A stretch of 64,000 nucleotides of DNA from Candidatus Limnocylindrales bacterium (GCA_038214375.1 JBBQRX010000007.1:15717-79716), one strand, 5' to 3'; counted from the stretch's first letter, positions 18,958 through 29,015 are shown. Program-made: numbers and translations. The notes: generated from the sequence alone by a model not told the origin.

Positions 18958-19466
18958 CCGGGCAGGACGCGCTCCTGGCGTGTCCGGGGTGCGGCGCGCT
19001 CGTGCCCGACACCGCGGGGCCGACCCATGCGTACATCGGTGCGAGCCCGGGCTGCTGGGCCACATGGGGAGAGCTCCAGGCACGCTCGTTCGCCAGCCCC
19101 GCCATCGCCGCGGTCCAGCCACTCGCCGTGGACGTGTATGCCGTCCAGCATCCCGGCCTCCCCGAGCGCCGCGCGATCCAGTCCGTCTGGGTCCACCTGG
19201 TGAGCCTGTGCCTCATCCTCGAGCACGGGCGGTCGCCCGCGGACGGGATCCGGGCGAAGCAGCAGCTCCTGGCCGGCACCCGGACATTCGCCAGGCTGGA
19301 GCCGTGCCCTCCCGCCTACGCGATGACTGTGCTCCATATCGTCGCCCTCACCGATCCGGTAGCCGTCCCGGAAGCGATACGTCGGTGGGCCCACGTCACC
19401 TGGGAGGCATGGCGCGAGCATCATGTCGCGGTCCGCGCTCGCGCGGCGACCCTGATCGGGGGCTGA
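18948..19466 (+). CDS. hypothetical protein (Cys-containing N-terminus CPGCGAL...)
   Basis: ATG overlaps purK 3' end by 10 nt; no recognisable catalytic motif; conserved-looking composition. Confidence 0.6.
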   Translation: MDMTGQDALLACPGCGALVPDTAGPTHAYIGASPGCWATWGELQARSFASPAIAAVQPLAVDVYAVQHPGLPERRAIQSVWVHLVSLCLILEHGRSPADGIRAKQQLLAGTRTFARLEPCPPAYAMTVLHIVALTDPVAVPEAIRRWAHVTWEAWREHHVAVRARAATLIGG

Positions 19467-19577
19467 AGCGCGGTCGAGATGCGGGAGTTCCCACGGGACC
19501 CTGCGATGGGGCAGAATCCGCGCCACGCACGACCGCTCACCGAGCCCGGCCCAGACCGCCTGAGGAGACCCGTCCCG

Positions 19578-21056
19578 ATGCCACGTCAGCCCCACCCCGT
19601 CACCGTCATCCCGGGCGACGGGGTCGGCCCGGAGGTGGTCCGGTCCGCGCAGCGGATCATCGCGGCGGCCGGCGTCGCGATCGACTGGGAGTCGGCCGAG
19701 GCCGGCGCCGAGGTCTTCAAGCGCGGCGACACCTCGGGCGTGCCGCAGGCGACCCGCGATTCCATCGCGCGCACCCATGTCGTCCTCAAGGGACCACTCG
19801 AGACGCCCGTCGGCTTCGGCGAGAAGAGCGCGAACGTCACCCTTCGGAAGCTGTTCGAAACGTACGCGAACGTCCGACCGGCGCACGAGCTGCCAGGCGT
19901 GCCCACCCGGTACGCGGGCGAAGGCGTGGACATGATCATCGTCCGCGAGAACGTCGAGGACCTGTACGCCGGAATCGAGCACATGCAGACGCCCGACGTC
20001 GCGCAGTGTCTCAAGGTGATCAGCCGCAAGGGCAGCGAGAAGATCATTCGCTACGCGTTCGAGCTCGCCCGCCGCGAGGGGCGCCGCAAGGTCACCTGCG
20101 CCACCAAGGCGAACATCATGAAGCTGACCGAGGGCCTCTTCAAACGGGTCTTCGAGGAGGTCTCCGCCGAATACCCGGAGATCGTCGCCGAGCATCTCAT
20201 CATCGACAACGTGGCCCACCAGATGGCGAAGAACCCGGCCCAGTTCGACGTCGTGGTGACCACGAATCTCAACGGCGACATCATCAGCGACCTCGCGTCC
20301 GGGCTCGTCGGCGGCCTCGGCTTCGCGCCGTCGGGCAATTACGGCGACGGCGTCGCGATCTTCGAGGCGGTCCACGGCTCGGCGCCGAAGTACGCCGGGA
20401 AGGACGTCATCAACCCCACCGCCCTGATCCTCAGCTCGCTGATGATGCTGCGCCACCTCGACGAGACCGATGCGGCCGAGCGCATCGAGGACGCTGTCCT
20501 CGTCACGCTCGAGGAGGGCCGGTCCGTCACCCAGGACCTCGCCCGCCAGACGGGGAGTGACGTGGAGCAGGCCGCGTCCACGACCGGGTTCACCGACGCG
20601 ATCATCGCGAACCTCGACCGCCAGCCGACCACCGTGCCGCCCCGTCGCGGATCCGAGCGACCGTCGGGCCAGGCAAGGCCGCGACCCCACTGGTCATACG
20701 GGGAGGCCGTGAGCGCGGCGGTTCCGCGCCGCACCGTCGGGGTGGACCTGTTCCTCGAGACGTGGGAGCCGGCCGAGGTCGCCGGCCCGATCCTCGAGTC
20801 GCTCGCAGGCGACGCCCTGACCCTCCAGATGATCTCCAGCCGCGGCACGATGGTCTACCCTTCGACGGGGCTGGCCCCGGATACCGTGGGCCTCCTCCGG
20901 GCGCGCTTCGTCTCCCGGGAGGAGGGCGCTGCGGCACCCGACGCCGAGATCCTCGCGCTCCAGGGAAGGGTGGCCGAGCGGTTCACCTGGACCCACGTGG
21001 AGAAGCTCAACGTCTTCGCCGGTGCGCCGGGCTTTACGAAGGCCCAGGGTCAGTAA
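19578..21056 (+). CDS. icd: isocitrate/isopropylmalate dehydrogenase family protein, probable isocitrate dehydrogenase with extra C-terminal domain
   Basis: GAGGAG RBS then ATG; IPGDGVGPEV, NLNGDIISDLASGLVGGLG motifs; about 130 aa C-terminal extension beyond the canonical fold. Confidence 0.85.
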   Translation: MPRQPHPVTVIPGDGVGPEVVRSAQRIIAAAGVAIDWESAEAGAEVFKRGDTSGVPQATRDSIARTHVVLKGPLETPVGFGEKSANVTLRKLFETYANVRPAHELPGVPTRYAGEGVDMIIVRENVEDLYAGIEHMQTPDVAQCLKVISRKGSEKIIRYAFELARREGRRKVTCATKANIMKLTEGLFKRVFEEVSAEYPEIVAEHLIIDNVAHQMAKNPAQFDVVVTTNLNGDIISDLASGLVGGLGFAPSGNYGDGVAIFEAVHGSAPKYAGKDVINPTALILSSLMMLRHLDETDAAERIEDAVLVTLEEGRSVTQDLARQTGSDVEQAASTTGFTDAIIANLDRQPTTVPPRRGSERPSGQARPRPHWSYGEAVSAAVPRRTVGVDLFLETWEPAEVAGPILESLAGDALTLQMISSRGTMVYPSTGLAPDTVGLLRARFVSREEGAAAPDAEILALQGRVAERFTWTHVEKLNVFAGAPGFTKAQGQ

Positions 21057-21059
21057 GCA

Positions 21060-21581
21060 GTGACTGACGGGGCGGCGGTCGACCGATCCGCGACACCGGT
21101 CGTCGGGATCGTGGGGGGGAGCCGCAGCGACTTCCCGATCCTCGAGCGGGCGAAGGCGCTCCTCGACCAGCTCGGCGTCCCCTCCGAGCTGCGCGTCGTC
21201 TCCGCTCACCGGACGCCGGACCATCTCTTCCGCTACGCGGAAACGGCGGCAGGGCGGGGGATCAGGGTGATCGTCGCGGGAGCCGGGGGCGCCGCGCACC
21301 TGCCGGGGATGTTGGCCGCCAAGACGCAGCTCCCGGTGATCGGCGTGCCGATTCCGACGGAGCATCTCGGTGGCCTCGACTCGCTGCTTTCGATCGTCCA
21401 GATGCCCAGGGGGATTCCCGTCGCCACGGTCGGCATCGGGAACGCGGAGAACGGGGCGCTGCTGGCGGCGGCGATCCTGGCGCTCTCCGACGCAGCACTC
21501 GCGGAGCGACTGGCCGCGTATCGATCTGCGCAGACGGCGGACGTGGTCGGGGACGAGAGCAACGCCGAGGCTCTGCCGTGA
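21060..21581 (+). CDS. purE: 5-(carboxyamino)imidazole ribonucleotide mutase
   Basis: GTG start; VGIVGGSRSDFPILERA, VSAHRTPD, AGGAAHLPGM motifs. Confidence 0.9.
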   Translation: MTDGAAVDRSATPVVGIVGGSRSDFPILERAKALLDQLGVPSELRVVSAHRTPDHLFRYAETAAGRGIRVIVAGAGGAAHLPGMLAAKTQLPVIGVPIPTEHLGGLDSLLSIVQMPRGIPVATVGIGNAENGALLAAAILALSDAALAERLAAYRSAQTADVVGDESNAEALP

Positions 21582-21630
21582 TCGGGGACGGGGCCTGACG
21601 GCCGTGGACGATCCCCGCGTCGAGGCCGGC

Positions 21631-22008
21631 ATGCCGGCCCTGGATCGGCAGGCGGCGCGCGTGCCTCCCGGGCCGTCGCCGCGCAGCGTGCCGGAAGCGC
21701 GTCCCACGCCGCTCCAGAAGCACTACGTCCTGCTCTCCGCCCCCGCGCTGATCCTGGGTACCGTGGCGATCACCGCGCTCGAGATGGGCGCGGCGCCTGG
21801 CAGCCCGCTCGTCAAGCTGTGCGTCGTGGTGGCGGCCCCGCTCCTCGCGATCGCGAATGCGGACGCGATCGTCCGGATCTGGCGCTCGGCCTGGGCCTGG
21901 ATGCCCGTGGACGCCACGAAAGGTCGCTTCCGGCTCGCCTGGGTCGCGGTCGGCGTGATCCTCTACGCGATCCTGCTGGCGGCCTCGTGGCTGGTGGTGG
22001 CCGCATGA
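21631..22008 (+). CDS. small hypothetical membrane protein
   Basis: Three hydrophobic segments; stop overlaps start of next gene (ATGA). Confidence 0.45.
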   Translation: MPALDRQAARVPPGPSPRSVPEARPTPLQKHYVLLSAPALILGTVAITALEMGAAPGSPLVKLCVVVAAPLLAIANADAIVRIWRSAWAWMPVDATKGRFRLAWVAVGVILYAILLAASWLVVAA

Positions 22009-22658
22009 GTCACGGCACTCGCAAGCCGCCGAACCCGGTTGGCCTTTCCGACCTTCGCTCGACCGACGAGGCGAGCCTCTCGCCACGGACGCTCGACACG
22101 GGCGCCGGGCGCGGTGTCCCGGCGTGGCTCGCGGCCACGCTCAACAACTGCTCGCGGTGCGGTGCCGCGCTGCGCCTCGGGATGCTGCCCGGGGAAGACC
22201 GGGAGCGCCTCGCGTGCGACGCATGCGGCTACATCGCCTACGTGAACCCGCGCCTCGTGGTCACCTGCCTGCCGATCACCGACGCGGGCGAGGTGATGCT
22301 CCTGCGCCGCGGGATCGAGCCGGGTCGCGGCCTGTGGGCCCAGCCGGGCGGCTTCATGGAGGTCGATGAGACCGTCGAGGCCGGCGCCGTCCGCGAGACG
22401 CTCGAGGAGACGGGCCTCCTGGTCGAGCCGGGCCGGATCGTGGGCCTCTACACGCGGCCGGAGGCGGCCATCGTCGTCATCGCATTCGAGGCGCGCATCG
22501 TGGGCGGGGCGGTTGCGGAGACCCCCGAGGCGCTCGAGGTCCGGCCGTTCCGCCCGGAGGCCATCCCCTGGCCGCAGATCGCGTTCCGGACGAGCGAATG
22601 GGCGCTCCGCGACTGGTTGCTTCGGGTCCGGCCCGACCTGGAACGTGGCGCCCGTTGA
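22005..22658 (+). CDS. NUDIX hydrolase with N-terminal zinc-ribbon
   Basis: CSRCGAAL...CDACGY zinc ribbon; Nudix box GGFMEVDETVEAGAVRETLEETGL. Confidence 0.8.
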   Translation: MSHGTRKPPNPVGLSDLRSTDEASLSPRTLDTGAGRGVPAWLAATLNNCSRCGAALRLGMLPGEDRERLACDACGYIAYVNPRLVVTCLPITDAGEVMLLRRGIEPGRGLWAQPGGFMEVDETVEAGAVRETLEETGLLVEPGRIVGLYTRPEAAIVVIAFEARIVGGAVAETPEALEVRPFRPEAIPWPQIAFRTSEWALRDWLLRVRPDLERGAR

Positions 22659-23946
22659 AACGCGGCGCCCGGTGAGCGGACCGGCCGAGCGCGAGGGCTC
22701 CGGAGCCACCCGGCTTCCCGTCACGGGATCCCCGAGAGCCCTCGACGCAGAGGGGGTCGTCTTCCTCGGGCCCGGCGCGCTCGAGATCGCCCCGTACCGC
22801 GTTGACCCGCCCGGGACCGGCGAGGTTCGCGTACGGATGGCGGCTTCCGGCGTCTGCCACTCCGACCTCCACGTCCTCGACGGGCACTGGTCGCGGCCGT
22901 CTCCGATGGTCATGGGTCACGAGGGAGCGGGCTGGGTCGAGGCCATCGGGCCCGACCAGGCGGTCAGCTCGGGAGTCGTGGCGCCCTCTCCGGGCACGCC
23001 ACGCGGCCCGCGCATCGGTGACCTCGTCGTGCTCGCGTGGACGGCGCCATGCGGCCGGTGCGCGTCCTGTCTGCGCAACGAAAACTGGCTCTGCCTCACC
23101 CCCGTCGGCTCGGGCCACCGGCGCGCCGCCGCCGACGTCCGGATCCGCCGCCCGGACGGCACGGCCCTGGGTGCGTACTCGGGGATCGGGACCCTCGGGT
23201 CGGTCCAGGTCGTCGCCGCGGACGCCGCGATTCCCGTGGACCCGCGCACCGATCCGGCCATCGCGGCGCTGATCGGCTGCGCGATCACCACCGGCATCGG
23301 GGCGGTGACCCGGACCGCGCGCGTGCAGCCGGGCGATACGGTCGCCGTGGTCGGGCTCGGCGGCGTCGGGCTCGCCGCGGTGCTTGGAGCACGGCTGGCC
23401 GGCGCGCGTCGCATCGTCGCGATCGACCGCCTTCCCGCGAAGCTTGACCGGGCCATCGAGATGGGCGCCACCGACGCCGTGGTCGCCGCGGCGAACCCGT
23501 CGGCAACGGCGGCGGCCCTCGACGCCGCTCTCTCCGACCGCGCCGGCATCGATGAGACCGGCCGCAACGGCGGGGAGGCCGGCAACCCACGAGGCGTGGA
23601 CCACACGTTCGACGCATCCGGGACGATCGCTGGCGTCGAGACGGCGCTGGCGATCGTGCGGCCCGGCGGCTCGGTCGTCCTCGTGGGGATGCCGCCGCAG
23701 GCCGCCCGGGTCGGGCTCGACGTGTACGCGTTCGTCGAATCCGGCGCACGAATCCTGGCGAGCAACTACGGGTCGGCGGTCCCGGCCGACATCTTCACGG
23801 AGATCGCGCTCCTCGCGGTCGGTGGCTCTTTGCCGCTGGGGCGTCTCATCGAGGAGAGGATCGGCCTCGGCGACGTGCCCTCCGCGTTCGATGCGCTCCG
23901 GCGGGGCGAGGGCGCACGCCGGGTCGTGGTCTTCCCCCGGTCCTGA
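22645..23946 (+). CDS. zinc-dependent alcohol dehydrogenase family protein (class III-like)
   Basis: ASGVCHSDLH, GHEGAGWV, CGRCASC structural-Zn Cys cluster, GLGGVGL Rossmann motif; start is uncertain (GTG 22645 or GTG 22672). Confidence 0.8.
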   Translation: MAPVETRRPVSGPAEREGSGATRLPVTGSPRALDAEGVVFLGPGALEIAPYRVDPPGTGEVRVRMAASGVCHSDLHVLDGHWSRPSPMVMGHEGAGWVEAIGPDQAVSSGVVAPSPGTPRGPRIGDLVVLAWTAPCGRCASCLRNENWLCLTPVGSGHRRAAADVRIRRPDGTALGAYSGIGTLGSVQVVAADAAIPVDPRTDPAIAALIGCAITTGIGAVTRTARVQPGDTVAVVGLGGVGLAAVLGARLAGARRIVAIDRLPAKLDRAIEMGATDAVVAAANPSATAAALDAALSDRAGIDETGRNGGEAGNPRGVDHTFDASGTIAGVETALAIVRPGGSVVLVGMPPQAARVGLDVYAFVESGARILASNYGSAVPADIFTEIALLAVGGSLPLGRLIEERIGLGDVPSAFDALRRGEGARRVVVFPRS

Positions 23947-24024
23947 CCGGGCACGGCGTTTGGCGGTCCGGGGCTGCGCCGGTGTCTCGCCGCCCGCGAG
24001 ACCGCGGCCGCCCGGGCAGCCGGC

Positions 24025-24816
24025 TCAGTAGATCAGCGCCGCGCCTGGGGGGATGTTCAGGGAGAACGCGCTGTCCGGGATCGAGGCGTCCGGGCTCAGC
24101 TCCGTGGCGGTGACCAGGCGACTGGGGACCGCCCCGAACCGCTCCTCGAGGCGTGCCACCAGCCCGGTCTCTCGATCGACCGCGAGCGACAGGCGGTGGT
24201 CGGGCCGGTCGCCGGCCATCTCGATCGCGCGCGGGTGGAGCGACTCGACGAGGATTGCCTCCCGGCCGGCGATCAGCTCGGAGCCCGTGACCCGGCAGAC
24301 ACCCGTGGCGAGGACGTTCTGGCACAGGCCGGCGGGGTGGACGAACGTGTCCACGAGCGAGTTCGCGGGCAGGCCGGTCCGGGGGTGGTAGGCCCGCGAC
24401 GACCCGGGGAGGTCGCGGCCGTCCAGCCCGGCGACCCGGGCCCGCCAACTCCGCGTGCTTCCGAGCCGATGACCGGCCCGATAGGTCCGGATCTCCTCAC
24501 CGTCCGAGAGCCAGACGTCGTGATTTGCCGGCGTGCCGTCCTCCGGGCGGATCGTGGTCACGCGCGCGTGCCCCGGGTGTCGGAGCAGCAGCTCGTGCAG
24601 CCGGACAAGCTCGCCCGTTGCTACCCAGGTCCGTTCCTCGAGGCGGAGCCGGAGCGTCTCGAACCGCAGCTCCGCGTCGCGCATGAAGGCGAAGAGCGTC
24701 TCGAGGTCCGGCAGTCCGGCGGCGAGCTGCGCGATCTCCGGGCGGCGCTCCCCGTCGACAGCCAGGGTGAGGCCGGCGGCGGCGGACCAGCGGGCGGGCG
24801 TGGACATGCGCGGCAT
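24025..24816 (-). CDS. hypothetical protein
   Basis: Long ORF with protein-like composition in its C-terminal 260 aa; the N-terminal Arg-rich part is judged non-coding, so start set at MPRMSTPARW. Confidence 0.5.
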   Translation of the reverse strand: MPRMSTPARWSAAAGLTLAVDGERRPEIAQLAAGLPDLETLFAFMRDAELRFETLRLRLEERTWVATGELVRLHELLLRHPGHARVTTIRPEDGTPANHDVWLSDGEEIRTYRAGHRLGSTRSWRARVAGLDGRDLPGSSRAYHPRTGLPANSLVDTFVHPAGLCQNVLATGVCRVTGSELIAGREAILVESLHPRAIEMAGDRPDHRLSLAVDRETGLVARLEERFGAVPSRLVTATELSPDASIPDSAFSLNIPPGAALIY

Positions 24817-24870
24817 TCTAGCGCGCGGATCCGCGCGGCCGGCGCCTCGGTGCAGGACGGAACCCGCCCG

Positions 24871-25755
24871 ATGGCCCGGCATCGCACGCGTAGACTCTGC
24901 GACCATGAAGCCCGGCATGCGGTGAGCTCGCCCGCACCCGCAGGATCGCCAGCCGCCGCGAGCACGCACGTCTCGGCCAACGGCCTCGCGGTCGAGTTTC
25001 ACGTCGAGGGAAGCGGCGCGCCGCTCGTGCTCCTCCACGGCGCTTCATCGGCGGGGCGCGACGACTTCGCGGCGCAGCTCCCGGGCTTTGCCCGCTCGTT
25101 CCGCTGCTACCTGCCCGACGCGCGCGGGCACGCCGGCACCCGGTGGGATCCGGCCGCGGGGCTGCGCTACGACGACCTGGTCGTGGACCTGGACGCATTC
25201 GCGGACGCCTGCGACCTCGGGACGTTTCACCTCATCGGGTTCTCGATGGGCGCGGCCACGGCGCTGCTGTACGCGATCCGGCGTCCGGATCGCCTCCGGA
25301 CCCTGGTCCTGGTGGGGACCTCGCCGGAGCTCGAGCCGCGCACGCGCGTGATCCGGCACCTGGCCGACGTGGCGCGGATCGAGGCGCAGGACCCGGCCTG
25401 GGCGGCCGCGCTCGCCCGCCGACACGACCCGGTCCAGGGTGCCGGCGCCTGGCGGCGCCTGATGCCCGCGATCGTCGCGATGGCCGAGCACCAGCCGGCG
25501 GTGTCCGCCGCGGACCTGCGGCGTGCCGAGGTGCCGGCGCTGGTAGTGGTCGGGGACCGGGATCCATTCGTCCCCGTTCCGCAGGCCTGGCAGCTCGCCC
25601 GGCAGCTCCCCGACGCTCGGCTGGCCGTGATCCCGGGCGCGGGTCACGAGGCGATGGCAAACCAGCCGGGTATCTTCAACGAGGCATGTGCCTCGTTCTG
25701 GCGATCGACCGCGACCGTCGCGCACCGACCGGGCACGAAAAGGAGCGAGACGTGA
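24871..25755 (+). CDS. alpha/beta hydrolase
   Basis: LLHG oxyanion motif and GFSMG nucleophile elbow; catalytic His near C-terminus (GAGHEA). Confidence 0.8.
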   Translation: MARHRTRRLCDHEARHAVSSPAPAGSPAAASTHVSANGLAVEFHVEGSGAPLVLLHGASSAGRDDFAAQLPGFARSFRCYLPDARGHAGTRWDPAAGLRYDDLVVDLDAFADACDLGTFHLIGFSMGAATALLYAIRRPDRLRTLVLVGTSPELEPRTRVIRHLADVARIEAQDPAWAAALARRHDPVQGAGAWRRLMPAIVAMAEHQPAVSAADLRRAEVPALVVVGDRDPFVPVPQAWQLARQLPDARLAVIPGAGHEAMANQPGIFNEACASFWRSTATVAHRPGTKRSET

Positions 25756-26636
25756 CCGAGCAGCCAGCGCCGACCCGCCACCCGGGCACCGAGCTCGTCG
25801 AGGTCGGTGTTCCCGCGCGCCGGCCCGCCGTGCCAGAAGGGACCGGCGTTGCCCTTGGTGGGGTCGCGCTCGTCACGCTCCATCGCCCCCGCGCTCTCAA
25901 CGCCCTGAGCTTTGCGCTGCTGACGGACCTCGCGCGGATCGTCGAGGCGCTCGACGCCGACCCGGAGGTTCGTGCGATCGTGATCACGGGTACGGGGACG
26001 CGTGCCTTCGCCGCCGGCGCGGACGTCGGCGAGCTGGCGGAGCAGACACCCGACTCGCTCGCAGCATCGGAGGGGTTCCGGGGCTGGGACCGGGTTGCCG
26101 CTGTCGCCACTCCCACGATCGCCGCGGTCCGCGGTTTTGCGCTCGGGGGCGGCTGCGAGCTGGCGATGGCCTGCGACCTGATCGTCGCGGGGAGCGATGC
26201 GATCTTCGGCCAGCCGGAGATCAAGCTCGGGATCATTCCCGGGGGCGGTGGCACGCAGCGGCTCGCCCGCGCGATCGGCGCTGGGCGTGCCATGGAGCTG
26301 ATCCTGACGGGCCGGCAGGTTCGCGCCGACGAGGCGGCCCGCCTGGGTCTCGTGACACGGGTCGTGCCGGCCGAAGAGACGCTTGTCGCGGCTCTCGACC
26401 TGGCCGTGGAGATCGCCGCCCTGCCGGCGGGCGCGGTGCGCGCCGCGAAGGCCGCGGTGCGGGCGGTCGCCGAGCTGCCGCTGACGGGCGGCATCCAGCT
26501 CGAACGAACACTCTTCCGCGAGCGCTTCGGCACGCCCGACCAGGTCGAAGGCATGCGGGCATTCCTCGAAAAGCGGCCTCCCCGGTGGGCAGGTCGGCCG
26601 ACATCGTCCGATGACACCGAGGGGCGAGCGCGATGA
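25752..26636 (+). CDS. enoyl-CoA hydratase/isomerase family protein
   Basis: GTG overlaps upstream stop (GTGA); crotonase motifs AFAAGADV, GFALGGGCELAMACD, GQPEIKLGIIPGGGGTQRL. Confidence 0.9.
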   Translation: MTEQPAPTRHPGTELVEVGVPARRPAVPEGTGVALGGVALVTLHRPRALNALSFALLTDLARIVEALDADPEVRAIVITGTGTRAFAAGADVGELAEQTPDSLAASEGFRGWDRVAAVATPTIAAVRGFALGGGCELAMACDLIVAGSDAIFGQPEIKLGIIPGGGGTQRLARAIGAGRAMELILTGRQVRADEAARLGLVTRVVPAEETLVAALDLAVEIAALPAGAVRAAKAAVRAVAELPLTGGIQLERTLFRERFGTPDQVEGMRAFLEKRPPRWAGRPTSSDDTEGRAR

Positions 26637-27385
26637 GGCGCTTTCGCCGCGACGCCAGCGAGCCGTCCGAGGCCGTCCCGGGCACATCGCTCGATGGCGG
26701 GCGCGGGTCGGCCGTCGGCCCGGAGAAGGGGCCCGACGGCGGGCCACCGCTGGCCGGCGTCTCGTACGCCCCCGAGCACGACTGGTCGGCCGCGGCCCCC
26801 ATCCTCTACCCGGTCCTGCGGCCGGCGGGCACGCTCGGCAGGTTCCTCGACACGCTCACTTCGCCGATGAGCGCGGCGGGGGACACCGAGCCGGTGATCG
26901 ACTCGGGCCCGGCGGACCTCGTGGTCGCCTACGCGATCTCGGCGGCCGGGTTCGACGTCCTCGCAAGCGGCGACCACCTCGCCGCATGGGGTGTCGGGCC
27001 GGCGACGCTCCGCGAGGCGGCCTTGGCGAACCTCGCAGCCTGGTCGGCCGGAGCCCCCTGGTCCGAGGAGATCGACGGACGGCGCCGGCTCCTTTCGTCC
27101 GATACCGGGGACGGCTGGGACGCGGCCCGCATCCTTCTCCCGGAGGCGATGGCGTACCTCGGCTCGGCCCTCGGCGCGGGCGGCTCCCGCGTGCTCGTCG
27201 GGCTGCCGGCACGGCACCTGTTGCTCGCGGGGGCGCTCGCACCGGACGACACGGAATTCGGCTCGCTGTTCGCCGATTTCGTGCGGGATTACGCGGAGGA
27301 CTCCGACGAGGCGATCGACGTCCGCGTCTTCGAGCTCATCGCGGGTCGCCTCAGCCCGTTTTCGACCGGCCCGCGCCCGACCTGA
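26633..27385 (+). CDS. hypothetical protein
   Basis: ATG overlaps upstream stop (ATGA); coding-like composition, no motif recognised. Confidence 0.55.
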   Translation: MRRFRRDASEPSEAVPGTSLDGGRGSAVGPEKGPDGGPPLAGVSYAPEHDWSAAAPILYPVLRPAGTLGRFLDTLTSPMSAAGDTEPVIDSGPADLVVAYAISAAGFDVLASGDHLAAWGVGPATLREAALANLAAWSAGAPWSEEIDGRRRLLSSDTGDGWDAARILLPEAMAYLGSALGAGGSRVLVGLPARHLLLAGALAPDDTEFGSLFADFVRDYAEDSDEAIDVRVFELIAGRLSPFSTGPRPT

Positions 27386-27423
27386 AGCAGCGCCCGGGCG
27401 GGCTCGCCAGCACGCCGCGGGAC

Positions 27424-27491
27424 AGCAGCAGGTCGTTCCTCAGCGGAACGCCGCGCGGCCGCAGCAGGTCGTTCCTCAGCGGAACGCCGCG
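27424..27491. repeat. 2 tandem copies of a 31 bp unit (GCAGCAGGTCGTTCCTCAGCGGAACGCCGCG)
   Basis: Direct repeat separated by 6 nt, at the convergent junction of 26633..27385 (+) and 27476..28012 (-); each unit contains an internal inverted repeat TTCCTCAGCGGAA. Confidence 0.5.
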
Positions 27492-28012
27492 AGCGCCCGT
27501 TCGAAGGCCGCGAGCGTTCGCGGCGAGAAGAGGACGAACGTCACCCGCTCCAGCGGAGCCCCTGCGCGCAGCGACTCCGCGACCGTGGCGATCGCGATCC
27601 GTGCCGCGTCGTCGAGCGGATACCCGTACACGCCGGCGCTGATCGCGGGGAGCGTCAACGTCCGGGCGCCGAGCTCGGCCGCGATGCTCAGCACCGATCG
27701 GTAGGCGCCGGCGAGCTGCGCGGGCTCGCCGTGGTCGCCGCCGCGCCAGACGGGGCCCACGGCGTGGATCACCCAGCGGGCGGGGAGCGCCCCCGCGCCG
27801 GTCGCGACGGCGGTCCCGGCCGGGGTTCCGTACGAGTGGCGCGTCCGCAACTCGGCCATGATCTCGGGGCCGCCCGCGCGATGGATCGCCCCGTCCACGC
27901 CGCCCCCGCCGGCGAGCGCCGCATTCGCCGCGTTGCCGATCGCGTCGGACGCGATCGTCGTGATGTCGCCCTCGACGAGGACGAGAAGCCCGCCGCCGAA
28001 CTGCTGCTCCAT
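27476..28012 (-). CDS. macro domain protein (O-acetyl-ADP-ribose deacetylase-like)
   Basis: Macro-domain motifs (DITTIASDAIGNAANAALAGGGGVDGAIHRAGG, ISAGVYGYP). Confidence 0.85.
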   Translation of the reverse strand: MEQQFGGGLLVLVEGDITTIASDAIGNAANAALAGGGGVDGAIHRAGGPEIMAELRTRHSYGTPAGTAVATGAGALPARWVIHAVGPVWRGGDHGEPAQLAGAYRSVLSIAAELGARTLTLPAISAGVYGYPLDDAARIAIATVAESLRAGAPLERVTFVLFSPRTLAAFERALAAFR

Positions 28013-28292
28013 CTCGCCTCCGCCGGATCGTGGCCGAATTGGTGGACCGTGTCTCGCCGGATCGCCCGCGGACCGCCGCGGATCGCCGCGGACCGAACCG
28101 TGGACCTCCGCGGACCGCCGCAGACCGGGCCGCAGGCCGTGCCGTCGATGCCGGACCGCGCCATTCTGCGCCTCTCGGCGGTCGAATCTTCCGCCGGCTC
28201 GCGATCCCGCCTATCCTGCACCCCCCGGGCGCTTGCCCGGTCCGGCGGCAGCTGTGCCGCCACGCCGCGATTGCACCCGGGAGAGAGGTTTC

Positions 28293-28976
28293 ATGCGCCG
28301 TCATCTGCTCACTCCGCTCGCCGCTTCGGCGGTCCTCGCAATCATGGTGGCCGCCTGTGGCGGATCTGCAACCGCAGCCCCGAGCGCCGCGGCCCCGTCC
28401 GTCGCAGCCCCGTCTGCCGCGGCGTCGGTCGAGCCCTCGCCGTCGCCCGAGCCGTCGCCCGAGCCGAGCGCGACCCCGGCCGCCAGCGCGGCAGCCGACG
28501 CAAGCGGGGCCCTCCCGAGCATCGCGCTGCCCTCGTTCAACGCCGACAAGGACCTGGAGGCGATCCTCCCCACCGCGTTCGGCGGCGTCACGCTCCAGAA
28601 GTTCAGCATGAAGGGCGCCCAGTTCCTCGGCCAGAGCTCGAACTCCGATCTCGAGAAGGCCGTCACCTCGCTCGGCCTGACCACCGCCGACGTGAGCGTG
28701 GCGATCGCCGCCGACCCCACCGGCAAGATGACGACTTCGTTCGCGGCAATCCGCTTCGCCGGCGCCGAGAGCGGCAAGCTGCTCCAGGTCTTCCAGGCGG
28801 CCTCACAGGCTTCCGGCGACTTCCTGGGCTCGGTCAGCGTCGGCGGCAAGGACGTGATCAAGACGAAGGACAGCACGGGTGGCTTCAGCTACTTCTACGT
28901 GCGCAACGACATTGTTCTCGGCGTGACCGCCAAGGACGACGCCAGCGCCGCGACCGCGCTCGCCGTCCTCCCCTGA
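28293..28976 (+). CDS. putative lipoprotein
   Basis: Signal peptide with lipobox (LAIMVAACGG), Ala/Pro/Ser/Glu linker encoded by repetitive DNA, then globular domain. Confidence 0.6.
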   Translation: MRRHLLTPLAASAVLAIMVAACGGSATAAPSAAAPSVAAPSAAASVEPSPSPEPSPEPSATPAASAAADASGALPSIALPSFNADKDLEAILPTAFGGVTLQKFSMKGAQFLGQSSNSDLEKAVTSLGLTTADVSVAIAADPTGKMTTSFAAIRFAGAESGKLLQVFQAASQASGDFLGSVSVGGKDVIKTKDSTGGFSYFYVRNDIVLGVTAKDDASAATALAVLP

Positions 28977-29015
28977 GCCGCCCGACCCGGGTCGGGGCGG
29001 GCCTACAATCGGGTC

